DNA of 64,000 nt from Staphylococcus phage LY01, in sequence record OR836606.1. One strand, given 5' to 3'. The notes beneath the pieces were generated by a model. It was given only the letters and a program-made list of their open reading frames with translations. It did not search any database and was not told the origin of the DNA. Position 1 is the stretch's first letter. The number at the start of each line of letters is the position of its first letter. Positions 9,901 through 20,275 of this stretch are shown here, in pieces. Position numbers and translations under genes: made by a program.

Positions 9901-12900
9901 GTTAAAAAGGGATTAAGTACCGGTAAAACTATAGGTAAAGTAGCTAAAAGTGGTATATCTAAGATATTTAATAAAAAGAATGCTTCAGCTGCTACTAAAG
10001 GATTAAGCAAATTTGCTTCTAAAGGTTTTAACAGAGCTAAATCTATCGGTAAAGGTTTATTTGGTGGTTCTAAGAAACTTGGAGGGAAAGCTTTTGGTGC
10101 TATAGGTAAAGCTAAAAATAAATTATTTGGTAAAGGTGCAGCGAAAGCTGGAGGAAAATTTGCATTAAAGGCAGGATTGAAAACAGCATTACCATTCATA
10201 CCATTTGTTGGACCAGTGATTGGTGCAGCGATGTGGGCTCCTGATATCATTAAGACTATTAAACACCCTATAGAATCATTAAAACATCCAATTAAAACAT
10301 TGGGCAGCTTTTTCGGAATTGGAGAACATCCAGGTGATAAAATAGAAGATGAAGCTAAAAGTAAAGAAGAAAAACATACTGAAGATGAAACAGGTTTAGG
10401 ACGACTAATATTAAGCACGACTAAGCTAATGTTTAGAGCTTCCCCTATGTTCCCACTAGCTAAAGTTGGAGGGAATATGTTTAAAACAGTTACTGATAAT
10501 AAAATGCAATCCGGTCCAAAAGCTGAAGAAAATATTCAAAAAGATATATTCATGAGCACTCCTTTAGGTAGTTTATATCAAATTGCTAAAGGCGGAATCG
10601 ATTTCTCTAAATATGGTAAAGGTGAAATTGGAGATTGGTTCAGTCGTTTCTTAGTTAAAATGGAAGAAATGGTTGTTGCAATGTCTAAAATGAGAAATTC
10701 TAGTGGTTCTGGAAGTTCAAGTGGTAGTAGCTCAGGTGGAGATCAGCTTAAAGGAGATGAAATAGAAATAGATAAAAATGCTCCTTCTATTACTTCACAA
10801 GGTATTTTAAATAAAATACCTGATGACGCTGCCGGCGCTTGGTTGAAGAAACATGAGTTCTGGCAACCATTTGGTAATTATCAAGGATTAGCATTTAATG
10901 GAAGCTCAAAACACTGGGGTATAGATATTGGTATGCCTACAGGAACTGATGTATTGGCAATTGTACCGGGTACTGTTTCTAATGTCTTCGTTGATCATGG
11001 CGGAGGTAATATAATAGAGATTAAAAATGGCGGAATATACACTTGGTATATGCATAATAGTAAAATAATTGCCAAAAAAGGTGACAAAGTCCAAGTAGGT
11101 CAAAAAATCTCAGTTTCAGGTAATACAGGAGCTCAAACAACCGCACCTCACCTTCACTTCCAAGTCATGAAAGGTAGACCTTCAAATGAAACTGCTATAG
11201 ATCCAGCACCATATGTTTTCGCAAAAGTTAAAGGAAAAGGCGGAGACAAAGATGATGATAAAAAATCTGATAGTAGTGCTAAAAAAAGTAAGAAGAAAAA
11301 AGGTGATGATGGCGGTGGACACTCTGTTATCGGTGATTTAAATTCACATTCCATTCAGAGGGATATTAAAAGAAAAAGAGCTCAAGATATTAAAAATAGA
11401 AAAATCCAAGATCGCGTTATTAGACGAGAAGAACAAAGCTTAGCTAAGGCTGAAAGAGAAGACGCATTAAATGTTAAAAAAGTAGCCAAAAAAGTTAATA
11501 ATATATTCAAGAAATTAAAAGATTTAAAAGGAACTAAAGGTACACTTAAATCTTCAAATCAATTTAATAAAGTATTAATTGTTGGTGATGATACAATTAA
11601 TGATGCATCCGTAGATCTTAAAAAGAAAATTAAAGGTGCTAAAGTCGAATCTTCTAATGGTAAAGCATATAGTTTTGGACCATCATCAGGTAGAAAAATA
11701 CTTCAAGAAAATGTTTCTGAATATAATAAGAAAGGTATAGCTATTGTTATACAGCTAGGTATGAATGGTGGATTATCGACAGGAGAAGTTACAGAAATAC
11801 AACATATGTATGATAAAGCACATGTATACTTTGTGACTAATGCAATTAGTAAAAAATTAGAGAATGATACAGAACTATCTAATGCAATAGATGATCTGAA
11901 TGATTCATTAAAGATGTCTGCTGAAAATATAATCGAATGGGATAAAAAAGCATCTGAATCATTGTTTAATGAAGACGGAATCACTCTTAATAATAGAGGT
12001 AGAATGATCTTTGTTGATCTTATTAAATTGTATATAAACCCATATATTGGCGGAGGCGGTAGCTCTGATGAAGAAAAAATAGATAAGGATATAGATAAAG
12101 AAGAATCTAAAGCTGAGAAGAAAAAATCTAAAGAAAAAGATGAAGAGGAAAATAATGAAGAAACTTCAGATGATGAAGATAAAGGCTCTTCTGCCGAAGG
12201 ATCTTCTGAGTATAGTTTTAAAAATGGTACTTGGTACGGATCTATAACTGGAAGAGATGATAGAAGAATGGATGAAGAAGAACAAGAGGAATTAAATGAT
12301 CGTTTAATGAAACGATACGCTAAAATTTATGGCATTGATTACGAAGAAGCTAAAAGAATTGATCAAGAACAACAAGAAAAGAAAAAATCTGAAGCAGGAA
12401 ACAAAAAGTCTGAATCAAGTGCATCAAGTTCTAATAGCGATAGTTCTTCTGAAAATTCATCAAATAATTCTAGTTCCTCAGCATCAACTTCTAAACCAAA
12501 TAGCAATGTAAATATCGGAAACCCTCCTATATTCCAATTACCTACATTAGCTAACAGCGGATTTTCCAATATTAATAGAGGTAATAATACTTTTAATAAT
12601 CAAGGTAGTAAAAATACTCAAACAATTAATAATAATTATCAAACCGGACAAAGTGGTATTATTAATAATGAAAAAGTAAATAAAGAATTTATAAAAGGTA
12701 AGAATAGAGTAACTAACCATTATAATAAAATTGTAAATAATCATAAAAATTCTAAAATTGAAAATGGCAATTCTGGTTATACTTATGATTATGAAAAATT
12801 ATGGTATTCAGATGATTTAGTAAGAATGTTAGCTAATATTGATAGAAACACATTAGAGTCTACTAAAGAATTAGATCGTTTATTAGAAGAATTGAAATAG
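6955..12900 (+). CDS. giant tail-associated protein (1981 aa) with M23 peptidase domain; TTG start
   Basis: M23/LytM motifs HWGIDIG...D...HLHFQV around nt 10900-11170. Long G/K-rich low-complexity core. Modules paralogous to the next ORF: NPIESLKHPIKTLGS and the SEYSFKNGTWYGSITGRDD...IDQEQQEK block. GGGGGG RBS before TTG. Confidence 0.7.
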   Translation: MAKNNKNKKNIRQLENNNKSTVIKNSSKNTGRILFNAFIKSNPSLDAIVGDSGLKLFNNDERRLKNFSEVKGSTNDLIKTLKNKSNENDLFSSSNEKLSNEKPEYESVTEYIDNPDGTKSEIVSLSDKKKSKITNSPLIAMNNLAEINQRGFVGTNIAMNNYSLSIQATNSLIYSALSNLSTIQNGIYQNTLMEENTKRDKQSKLQSIINGNISLLKYLDEKTNPENLLMGMMTGEQLKSMLMGVAKNPIEFAATQGAKIAFNKLLYGDIGGYDPEGSNKNIFNRLNKRFDPQNIGSMLINRNLVEDNKLTKGLERLTGNDNKYISNLGNALSDRLNQLKEEVLGDGKGSISLKNKRKKDTPVQFDMESHTSINKVIPDFLSRIQGNLIAKKEGRSGGLADNAELGSIYNYRKGIWENRRSAKKNALDEIKSESLFNFKDTYLGKELLSKLDNDEERTKEVLTELTKIDKPIKEISKLKEIINQKNINVSTESLSEVFEKNSAKFNTDLFNIKKSISNTLDKKDNSRIMSFTEIEGLNKSNSTYSRSNNDDDINQIKDFGNINWENSDLEEIKNIFLEIERKLNNDFSSGNINNNKEFINNKVDTINNIIDKGKIFSVLSGNNESHASVMDKLNSLSNAVNKAKEYKENPTSAIKDIASSLTNSVSLPQENNQLMRNNEYQYQNVNHQSSIIDNNPVMDLMNNIPVLNSLTINNNEANKDAYIKEPSKTIDDLTKEEKEKKAKSTIIDLVNTAFGNDPTIKKDMEDSQDTGALERMKQGLSTADAGKLGENVMSTMTGSSKKEIAESIRGNINFGKGGEAEKSIGTKKMMNGMLDFSKMGPVLFAGTSAAVLGSLMKGRNSKKDLEVSEKGFLSSAGGFLGNAAMLGAGGFLAAKFGPKLLSKLLPGGVGKFFTSMPGMLGKIGGGIKNIAGKFGLGKLFRGIKGAPKKIGNVFKGIGKFAKDKLPTVKSLGKMVIGKGAGLVKKGLSTGKTIGKVAKSGISKIFNKKNASAATKGLSKFASKGFNRAKSIGKGLFGGSKKLGGKAFGAIGKAKNKLFGKGAAKAGGKFALKAGLKTALPFIPFVGPVIGAAMWAPDIIKTIKHPIESLKHPIKTLGSFFGIGEHPGDKIEDEAKSKEEKHTEDETGLGRLILSTTKLMFRASPMFPLAKVGGNMFKTVTDNKMQSGPKAEENIQKDIFMSTPLGSLYQIAKGGIDFSKYGKGEIGDWFSRFLVKMEEMVVAMSKMRNSSGSGSSSGSSSGGDQLKGDEIEIDKNAPSITSQGILNKIPDDAAGAWLKKHEFWQPFGNYQGLAFNGSSKHWGIDIGMPTGTDVLAIVPGTVSNVFVDHGGGNIIEIKNGGIYTWYMHNSKIIAKKGDKVQVGQKISVSGNTGAQTTAPHLHFQVMKGRPSNETAIDPAPYVFAKVKGKGGDKDDDKKSDSSAKKSKKKKGDDGGGHSVIGDLNSHSIQRDIKRKRAQDIKNRKIQDRVIRREEQSLAKAEREDALNVKKVAKKVNNIFKKLKDLKGTKGTLKSSNQFNKVLIVGDDTINDASVDLKKKIKGAKVESSNGKAYSFGPSSGRKILQENVSEYNKKGIAIVIQLGMNGGLSTGEVTEIQHMYDKAHVYFVTNAISKKLENDTELSNAIDDLNDSLKMSAENIIEWDKKASESLFNEDGITLNNRGRMIFVDLIKLYINPYIGGGGSSDEEKIDKDIDKEESKAEKKKSKEKDEEENNEETSDDEDKGSSAEGSSEYSFKNGTWYGSITGRDDRRMDEEEQEELNDRLMKRYAKIYGIDYEEAKRIDQEQQEKKKSEAGNKKSESSASSSNSDSSSENSSNNSSSSASTSKPNSNVNIGNPPIFQLPTLANSGFSNINRGNNTFNNQGSKNTQTINNNYQTGQSGIINNEKVNKEFIKGKNRVTNHYNKIVNNHKNSKIENGNSGYTYDYEKLWYSDDLVRMLANIDRNTLESTKELDRLLEELK

Positions 12901-12923
12901 ATAACAGGAGGTGGAACTAATAA

Positions 12924-15900
12924 TTGGCTAGAAATAAAAAATTTAACACTAGTAAGATAGAGAAGGAGTTTAGAAATAACTCCTCCTCTAAATCTTCTAG
13001 AAAATATATAGATACTGAATTTAATAAAAATTTAAATAATATAAATTCTAACGATATGAAACGTATGATGGATCAAAACAATCCATTAAAAGCAGTTAAA
13101 GAATTAAAGAATAAAAAGAAAAAGCAACTACAAAAGATAAGTGAATCAACTAGAGATTTATCTAAAGAAGCTTTAGAATCTACTAAAAATACCTTTAAAA
13201 CTGGAGAAACAATTCAAGATAAAGGATCATTAAAAAACTTCAATAGTATGGGTATGGATTTCAGTGGAGATTTTGAAGATTTTAGTTTTGATGATAGTTT
13301 TTCAGATATAGATTCCGACATAGATAATTCTTTAGATGATGGAGATTTCAAATTTGATGACTTTGATAAGGAAGATGATAATAAATCTAAAATAGTGTCT
13401 TCCACAACAATTATCAATAATGACGGTTCTTCTGCTAAATCTACAGCACTATTAACTTCTTCTGTTTCTAATCTTTCTCAAATAAACACTACTGGATTTA
13501 CTTCTATGATTAATAACCTTAATTTAATGAGGGAAGCTAATGATAATATTAGAGAAAGTATGTTCCAGAACTTAAACGGATTAATTCAAACTAGTAATGC
13601 TATTAGACAAAATACTAAAATTAAAAATATATCCGAAATAAAGAATAGTAATTCATTAGAAGACTTATTTTTATCAAATATAACTTTATCAAATATATTA
13701 GAAGGATCTCAAGAAGAAGGATTTAAAGATAAAGCTAAAGACTTCATCAAAAAACAAGGAACAGAATTACTTAAAGAAGTTATTGGTTCTAAAAAACAAG
13801 GAATTAAAAGTTCAGGTTTAGTTGATTTAGCTAAAGGTAAAGCTTTTGATTTCCTTAATAATGAAGATACTTTTATAGAGAAAGCGGTTGGCAAATTTGC
13901 TAATAAAAAACTTAGTCCTTTTAGAGATAATGATAATGGTACTAAACAAAGGAAAAGAGATAAAAGAAGAGATGATTTACTTGAAGACGTTAAATTAGGT
14001 AAAAGCAAGTTAATTGATAAAATATTTGATAATGTAACTGGCGGTATATCAACTGCTAATAAAAAAGATAGAAATCAAAAAGTTGCTTTTGATGTGGAAA
14101 CTCATAATACAATTAATACAGTTATCCCTGGCTATTTATCTAAAATAGTTGGTTTAACTTCAGAAGATGGTCAAGAAATCCACTATGATTATGATTCAGG
14201 TTCTTTTAAAACTTCCAAATCTATTAAAAATGATATAGAAAAAAGAGTTAATAAAACTATCAAAGAATCTAGTTTTACTAAAGAATTTGAAAATATGGCT
14301 TCTGAAATGGGTATTGATCTGTTTAATAATGAAAGTAATAAAAATAAAGCCACATCTAAAATTAAAGAAATTATTTCTAGAAATATTAACAAAAGTGATG
14401 AACTTGATCAAATTAAATCTAATGACCCAAATGACCCATTTAATATTCTTCTAGATAAAATATTTAATGATAAAGAAGCTAAAACTAGTTTAACTAAAAC
14501 TAGAATGCAATTAAATAAAGAATCTAAAGATATTAAGAGAAAATTATCGGGTAGTTCTATAAATGCTCTTAATGACAAGAGTAAAAGAAAAGGTACTTCT
14601 AAAAATATTACATCCAAATTAAGTAATGGAAATAAAAGTGGTATTCTTAGTACTAACAAAGATACTTTATACGATAATATTAACTTTAATATCGTTAATA
14701 GAGATATAAGTGAGATCAAAAAGATTGTTTCTAGAATAAATAATAAAATACCTGAGAAAAGATATAATAATTCTAACGATAGTAAGTCAAGTGACTTTAT
14801 TAATAATACAAATCAATCTAATGATAATATTTCCAGAGAAATAGATCCTAGAGAGCAAACTTTAAACCAAAATACTTCTTCTAGATCAAATCAGAATAGA
14901 GAATATGATAATACTAAAAATGGAGATAATGGATCTACTATTATTCCTAATGAACAAATTTTAGAAGATGGACAAACAAAATCGTCTGAAAGTTCAGATA
15001 ATAAAGATTTTATAGATAGAATAGAAGAAGCTCAAGATCTTATCGATAGCAATAAATATGTTAAAGAGAAATTTGACAAATATAAAAATAAAGGTAAAAA
15101 CTTTGCTAAAGAAAAAATAGGTAAATTGTCCAATACTAAATTAGGTAGTAAAATAACTAGTATGGGCGGTGCTTTAACTGGTAAATTTGCTGCTGGCGGT
15201 GCTTTAATGGCAGGTGCAGGTAGTAGACTTAAAGGAAAACTTAAGGCTAGAGCTACTAGAATGGCTGCTGGAAAAGGTACTAAAAAAGCTATAGGTAAAG
15301 GATTACTTAAAGCAGGTTCTAAAGTAGGTGCTCGTGTTGGGTTAAATGCTATTCCCGTAGTTGGACAAATTGCATCATTAGCATTAGCCGGTCCAGATAT
15401 TATTAGAACAATAGCCAATCCAATAGAATCGTTAAAACATCCAATTAAAACATTAGGTAGTATTATTGGTTTCAATGACCACCCTTCTAAAACTAAAAAA
15501 GAACAAGAAAAGTTAGATTCAACTCAACCTGGCGGAGAAAATTTTGCAATTGATCCTTTAGTTGATACTAAAATGAATGGATCTATAGATAAATCTTCAA
15601 TTATTGGAGATTTTATTAAAGATAATCCATTATTAGCTTCCACTCCTTTATTAGGATTAGCAGGAATGGGTTTATATAAATCAATTGTAAAACCGGCATT
15701 CGGTTTAGGTATGAATATGGTTCAAAAAACTACCGGTATGGCTAAGAGTTTTGGAGATCAAACTGATATGGCTATGGAAGAGAAAACAAGTGGCTTTGGC
15801 GGTTTGATTAAAAAAGTTGTCGGCGGTGCTTCTATGTTAATGATGGCACCTTTGGCATTGGCTGGTAAAGGTTTAAGTAATTTAACTGGTATGACTTCAA

Positions 15901-18626
15901 CGCTTCTTCAAGGAGGAACTGGTCTAATTAAATCTGGTTGGAATTGGTTAAACGAAAAATTCTCTAGTTATGAAGAAGAAATGGGAAATATGAGTAAAGA
16001 AATGACTGAAGCTAGTAAAGAAGAATTAAGTTCATATCAAGAAGGAATTGAAAGTGAAGCATCTGATAGAGCTAAAAAAGAGATAGCGGAAATGCAAGGT
16101 ATGTCAGATAAAGCTAATAAAGATGCTGAAAAACAAGTAAAAGAATCCGCAGAAAAAACCAGAGACGATATTAAAAAAGATGTAGATGAAACTATGAAGA
16201 ATTCACCATTATCAATAATGGGTAGAATTGGTCATCAAATGAATAAATTGATGCCTAAAAATCTTATGAGTAAACTTAAGAAAACTCCTAAAAAATTAGC
16301 TGAAACTATGATGCGTATGTCTCCTTTTTATACTTTATTAAGTAAGAAGAAAAAGAAAAAATCTAAATTAGATATAAATGAGCCAGGCGGAGAAGTAGTT
16401 AATACTATTGGAGACTGGTTTGATAAGCTCGGCGGTATGATGAATGATATCATGGCTGGTTTTATGGCCGGCTCTGGATCAAGTTCAGCGGAAGCCTCTG
16501 AAATCTCAGATGGCGATGCAGCTTCAGTAGGCGGAGAAGGCGCTGAGAAAATATGGAATTTCCTAACTGGTAAGGGACTATCAGAAGAACAAGTTGCAGG
16601 TATATTAGGTAACTTTGAACATGAATCTGGAAATAGACCAGATAGAGTTCAAGGAGATGTAGCATTTGACGAAGCAAAAGCAAATAGTTCTATATCAGGT
16701 TATGGTATAGGTATTGCTCAATGGGATAATGTCCGTAGACAAGGTTTAATGAAGTATGCTAAAAAACAAGGTAAAAAATGGAGTGACTTGGATTTACAAT
16801 TAGATTATTTATGGTATGAATTACAAGGTCCCGAAAGTGCTGCGTTTTCACATCTTAAATCTACTAAAACAGTAGAACAAGCTGCTGCTTCATGGGTGAG
16901 TAAATATGAAAGAGCGGGTGTACCTGCATTAGGAAACCGTGTATCCTCAGGAAATGCTTTTCTTAAAAAATTTAGTGGTTCTTCTAAAAAATCAACTAAG
17001 AAAAAAGGCGGCGGTGGAGGAGGCTCTAATACAATAGATACTGCTTACTTAAAACAATTTTCTAATATGAGTTCTTCCACTAAAAATATTAATGTAAGAA
17101 AAGTTGCTTATAAAAATAAAGGACTAATTAAAGGAAATCCTCCTATTCAAAAAGGCGGCGGTGGAGGAGGCAGTAGTGGCAACGTTCAAGCTAAAATTAA
17201 GAAAGCTGTAGAATGGGCCAAGAAACAAGTTGGAGCTTCTTACTCACAACCTAACCGTGATGGTGCTAATTCATTTGACTGTTCAAGTTTAGTCTATCGT
17301 TCTTATAGAAAAGCAGGATTAACTGATGTTCCACAAGGTGCTACTACACATACTTTTTGGGATGGAGGTACTCCTTTCGAAAAAATAAACCCTAAAAAAG
17401 ATGGATTAAAAGTTGGAGATATTATTTTATGCGCTAATGTGGAACACGTAACAATCTATATCGGTAATGGAAAACAAGTAGAGTCAAATGGAGTTGAAGG
17501 CGTTGTTATCAACAGTGCGAATAAATATAAAAATCAATTTGGTATAGATGGATACATGCGTTATAAAGGCGGCGGACCAAGTGATGGAGGATCTGATAGT
17601 GAAGAGTCTGGAGGAGATTCTCCAGGCGCTTCAGAATACAGCTTTAAAAATGGCACTTGGTACGGATCAATTACTGGTCGTGATGATAACCGTATGGATG
17701 AAGAAGAACAAGAAGCTTTAAATGACCGTTTAATGAAACGTTATGCTCAGATATATGGAATTGATTATGAAGAAGCTAAGAAAATTGACCAAGAACAACA
17801 AGAAAAACTTAAATCTGAAGCTGGCAAGAAAAAATCTGAGTCAGGATCTTCATCTGGTTCGGAAGGATCAACGGGTTCATCTAGTTCAAGTGGATCTGAT
17901 GGAAGAGATGGGTCAAATGGACAAGATGGATCATCTTCATCAACTTCAGGTCAATCTCAACAACAAGGTTCAGGAAATTCTTCTGGAGGAAGTACTGTAA
18001 TTAACAATGGAGGAAATACTAATTCTACTATAGTTAATAATAATTATACTTCACCAGGTGCCGCTACTAGTAATTCAACTACCCAACAAATAATTCAAGG
18101 GAATAATAATACTGTAAGAAATATTTATAATATCACTAATAATTATAATAATTCCACGGTATCTTACAAAAATGGTCCTATGAAAGTTGATAATCAAAAA
18201 CGCATGGATTTAGATGAAATTACTAAGCATACAAGCAATATTGATAAGAATACGGCTAAAATGTTAGAACAGCTTAAGAAAATGTCATTTAAAGGTAATA
18301 ACTCTATTATTAATAATAAAGGTAATAATATCTTTAATAACACTACTATCAATGATAAAGGTGACTTAGTTGACCCTAAAGGTAATGTAATTATCAAAGA
18401 AATTAATAAAGAAATTGATAAAATCATTAAGGACAATTTACAAAATAACCCAGATATTATTAATAATGGTAATATTAATCCTAATGATTCATATAATCCT
18501 GGTACTGGTGGAAATAACGGTCCTTCACAAGGAGATCCAGATCTTCAAGAAGCTATTAATAGATCTTATGGAGATCAATTTAATATTGACGTGAGATCTG
18601 CTATACCAGTATTTTCAGGTAAATAA
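12924..18626 (+). CDS. giant tail-associated lysin (1900 aa): tail-tip lysozyme-like + CHAP/NlpC-P60 domains; TTG start
   Basis: Lysozyme-like block (GNFEHESGNRPDRVQGD...GIAQWD..R, nt ~16560-16930). CHAP-like Cys/His block (DCSSLVYRSY ... EHVTIYIGNG, nt ~17270-17480). AGGAGG RBS before TTG. Shares modules with the preceding ORF. Confidence 0.7.
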   Translation: MARNKKFNTSKIEKEFRNNSSSKSSRKYIDTEFNKNLNNINSNDMKRMMDQNNPLKAVKELKNKKKKQLQKISESTRDLSKEALESTKNTFKTGETIQDKGSLKNFNSMGMDFSGDFEDFSFDDSFSDIDSDIDNSLDDGDFKFDDFDKEDDNKSKIVSSTTIINNDGSSAKSTALLTSSVSNLSQINTTGFTSMINNLNLMREANDNIRESMFQNLNGLIQTSNAIRQNTKIKNISEIKNSNSLEDLFLSNITLSNILEGSQEEGFKDKAKDFIKKQGTELLKEVIGSKKQGIKSSGLVDLAKGKAFDFLNNEDTFIEKAVGKFANKKLSPFRDNDNGTKQRKRDKRRDDLLEDVKLGKSKLIDKIFDNVTGGISTANKKDRNQKVAFDVETHNTINTVIPGYLSKIVGLTSEDGQEIHYDYDSGSFKTSKSIKNDIEKRVNKTIKESSFTKEFENMASEMGIDLFNNESNKNKATSKIKEIISRNINKSDELDQIKSNDPNDPFNILLDKIFNDKEAKTSLTKTRMQLNKESKDIKRKLSGSSINALNDKSKRKGTSKNITSKLSNGNKSGILSTNKDTLYDNINFNIVNRDISEIKKIVSRINNKIPEKRYNNSNDSKSSDFINNTNQSNDNISREIDPREQTLNQNTSSRSNQNREYDNTKNGDNGSTIIPNEQILEDGQTKSSESSDNKDFIDRIEEAQDLIDSNKYVKEKFDKYKNKGKNFAKEKIGKLSNTKLGSKITSMGGALTGKFAAGGALMAGAGSRLKGKLKARATRMAAGKGTKKAIGKGLLKAGSKVGARVGLNAIPVVGQIASLALAGPDIIRTIANPIESLKHPIKTLGSIIGFNDHPSKTKKEQEKLDSTQPGGENFAIDPLVDTKMNGSIDKSSIIGDFIKDNPLLASTPLLGLAGMGLYKSIVKPAFGLGMNMVQKTTGMAKSFGDQTDMAMEEKTSGFGGLIKKVVGGASMLMMAPLALAGKGLSNLTGMTSTLLQGGTGLIKSGWNWLNEKFSSYEEEMGNMSKEMTEASKEELSSYQEGIESEASDRAKKEIAEMQGMSDKANKDAEKQVKESAEKTRDDIKKDVDETMKNSPLSIMGRIGHQMNKLMPKNLMSKLKKTPKKLAETMMRMSPFYTLLSKKKKKKSKLDINEPGGEVVNTIGDWFDKLGGMMNDIMAGFMAGSGSSSAEASEISDGDAASVGGEGAEKIWNFLTGKGLSEEQVAGILGNFEHESGNRPDRVQGDVAFDEAKANSSISGYGIGIAQWDNVRRQGLMKYAKKQGKKWSDLDLQLDYLWYELQGPESAAFSHLKSTKTVEQAAASWVSKYERAGVPALGNRVSSGNAFLKKFSGSSKKSTKKKGGGGGGSNTIDTAYLKQFSNMSSSTKNINVRKVAYKNKGLIKGNPPIQKGGGGGGSSGNVQAKIKKAVEWAKKQVGASYSQPNRDGANSFDCSSLVYRSYRKAGLTDVPQGATTHTFWDGGTPFEKINPKKDGLKVGDIILCANVEHVTIYIGNGKQVESNGVEGVVINSANKYKNQFGIDGYMRYKGGGPSDGGSDSEESGGDSPGASEYSFKNGTWYGSITGRDDNRMDEEEQEALNDRLMKRYAQIYGIDYEEAKKIDQEQQEKLKSEAGKKKSESGSSSGSEGSTGSSSSSGSDGRDGSNGQDGSSSSTSGQSQQQGSGNSSGGSTVINNGGNTNSTIVNNNYTSPGAATSNSTTQQIIQGNNNTVRNIYNITNNYNNSTVSYKNGPMKVDNQKRMDLDEITKHTSNIDKNTAKMLEQLKKMSFKGNNSIINNKGNNIFNNTTINDKGDLVDPKGNVIIKEINKEIDKIIKDNLQNNPDIINNGNINPNDSYNPGTGGNNGPSQGDPDLQEAINRSYGDQFNIDVRSAIPVFSGK

Positions 18627-18677
18627 AGTTAATGATTTAAATAAATAGAAGAACAACTTTTTTATATAGTAAAAATT

Positions 18678-18715
18678 ATGCGGATATGACAATTTATTAT
18701 ATGTCATATCCGCAT
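18678..18715 (+). promoter_or_regulatory. perfect hairpin (ATGCGGATATGACA / TGTCATATCCGCAT) overlapping candidate start codons of the next gene
   Basis: Inverted repeat seen directly. Both ATGs at 18686 and 18701 lie inside the stem. Confidence 0.3.
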
Positions 18716-20245
18716 ATATTATTTCAGAAATTAAAAAAGGATGTGAAATCTAAATTGCCTAATGAAAAAGATATAAAAGAACAAATTGAAAAAGCTGAGA
18801 AAAAAGCCAAAGAAAAAGAAATGGAAAAGCTTAATATTAGAGATGAAGATATAGCATTAATACCTCAGCCTGATGAAGGTAAAGGAGATTACGATTTCCA
18901 TGAATATGATCCTAGTCAAAATGATTTAGGTGTATTTAAAGACGCTACAGGTAATACTCGTGACATTTCTGAGTATGGAGCTTCTGATAAAACTAAATTG
19001 AGAAATGTTAAAGGGGAGTTAGATGTATTTGGAATGCCTATGTACTATTCTAGCTTAGATGATCCTAATAGAAGAATATATAAAAGAACATTTGAGTTAG
19101 ATTTGCCTTTAGTATTTATAATGCCAGGTATGCCTAAATTAAATGGTAAACTATTTGGTAAACCGGGTGAAGGAAAATTATGGAGTTTTGGAGAAGGTTT
19201 AGACAGATTAGCAAATACTACTGCTGGTTTAGTCGGTATAGGTAATACTAAAGATGGGCGTATGGTTAGTTTTGAACCTAAAATGAGTGAGTACTATAAA
19301 TACGTGCAAACTATGGGAAGTCAATTACATGCTTCTATGGGTTTAAAAGGTTCATTTGATTTGGGTGGCTCTCTAGATGATAAAAACTATGGATTAGCTT
19401 ATTATGCTGATAAAGCTACTAGTGTATCTGAATCTGGAATGCATGAATATAATCAATCTGATATAGCTTCTCAAATTAATAATAAAAACCAAGAAATTCG
19501 TGAAGAAAAAGAAATGGCTCGTATTGGAGGAGCTTCTATTTTAGGTAAAATTACAAGATCTATTAAAGATAGTATCAATGATATGGTTGCAAGTATGCCA
19601 GTATTGGGTGGTATAGTTGGTAACTTTATGGAAAACCTAGATGGTGCGTCTATGTATTATCCTGATATTTGGATGAATTCAACTTTTGACCGTACTTATA
19701 ATTTAGAATTTAAATTCTATAGTGCGTATGGAGATCCTCAATCTATTTTTGAAAATGTATACTTGCCATTTATGTCATTATTAGTATTAGCTTTACCTTT
19801 ACAAGATTCTATTTTCTCATATAAACAACCATTCATTGTTAGAGCAAATTGTCCTGGTAGATTTGAATGCCATACAGGTATTATAACATCAATGAATATA
19901 GTTCGTGGAGAAGAAGGTACATGGACAGCAGATGGTTTCCCTAGAGAAATAACAGTTTCACTAAATGTAAGAGATATGTACCCTAACTTAATGGCATCAA
20001 AATCATTCCAACGTATGAAATTTAATACAGGTTTAATTTCTTATATTGATTGTTTAGCAGGTATTAGAAGAGATCAACTATCAATTATAGATAAAGCTCA
20101 AATTAATATGCAAAATCAATATTCAAGAAGTATGCAAGTGTTAAAAGGAAGAGTATTTAAACAGCAAATAGATGATACAATTTATGGTTATAAATCTCAA
20201 ACAAACCCTCATCCTAACAGTGCTATTGGAAGTACATTATCATAA
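18686..20245 (+). CDS. hypothetical structural protein (519 aa), possibly baseplate/tail
   Basis: Long ORF directly after the two giant tail proteins. The start may be at the internal ATG 18701. Confidence 0.5.
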   Translation: MTIYYMSYPHILFQKLKKDVKSKLPNEKDIKEQIEKAEKKAKEKEMEKLNIRDEDIALIPQPDEGKGDYDFHEYDPSQNDLGVFKDATGNTRDISEYGASDKTKLRNVKGELDVFGMPMYYSSLDDPNRRIYKRTFELDLPLVFIMPGMPKLNGKLFGKPGEGKLWSFGEGLDRLANTTAGLVGIGNTKDGRMVSFEPKMSEYYKYVQTMGSQLHASMGLKGSFDLGGSLDDKNYGLAYYADKATSVSESGMHEYNQSDIASQINNKNQEIREEKEMARIGGASILGKITRSIKDSINDMVASMPVLGGIVGNFMENLDGASMYYPDIWMNSTFDRTYNLEFKFYSAYGDPQSIFENVYLPFMSLLVLALPLQDSIFSYKQPFIVRANCPGRFECHTGIITSMNIVRGEEGTWTADGFPREITVSLNVRDMYPNLMASKSFQRMKFNTGLISYIDCLAGIRRDQLSIIDKAQINMQNQYSRSMQVLKGRVFKQQIDDTIYGYKSQTNPHPNSAIGSTLS

Positions 20246-20275
20246 AATATTATAGAAAAGAGTTGAGTTATTATA

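Noticed and set aside
9117-10418. 433-aa minus-strand ORF antisense to the giant tail gene
   Set aside because: It lies entirely opposite the G/K-rich low-complexity tract of ORF 6955-12900. Its P/L/A-rich translation is the antisense shadow of GGN/AAR codons, so it is not a real gene.
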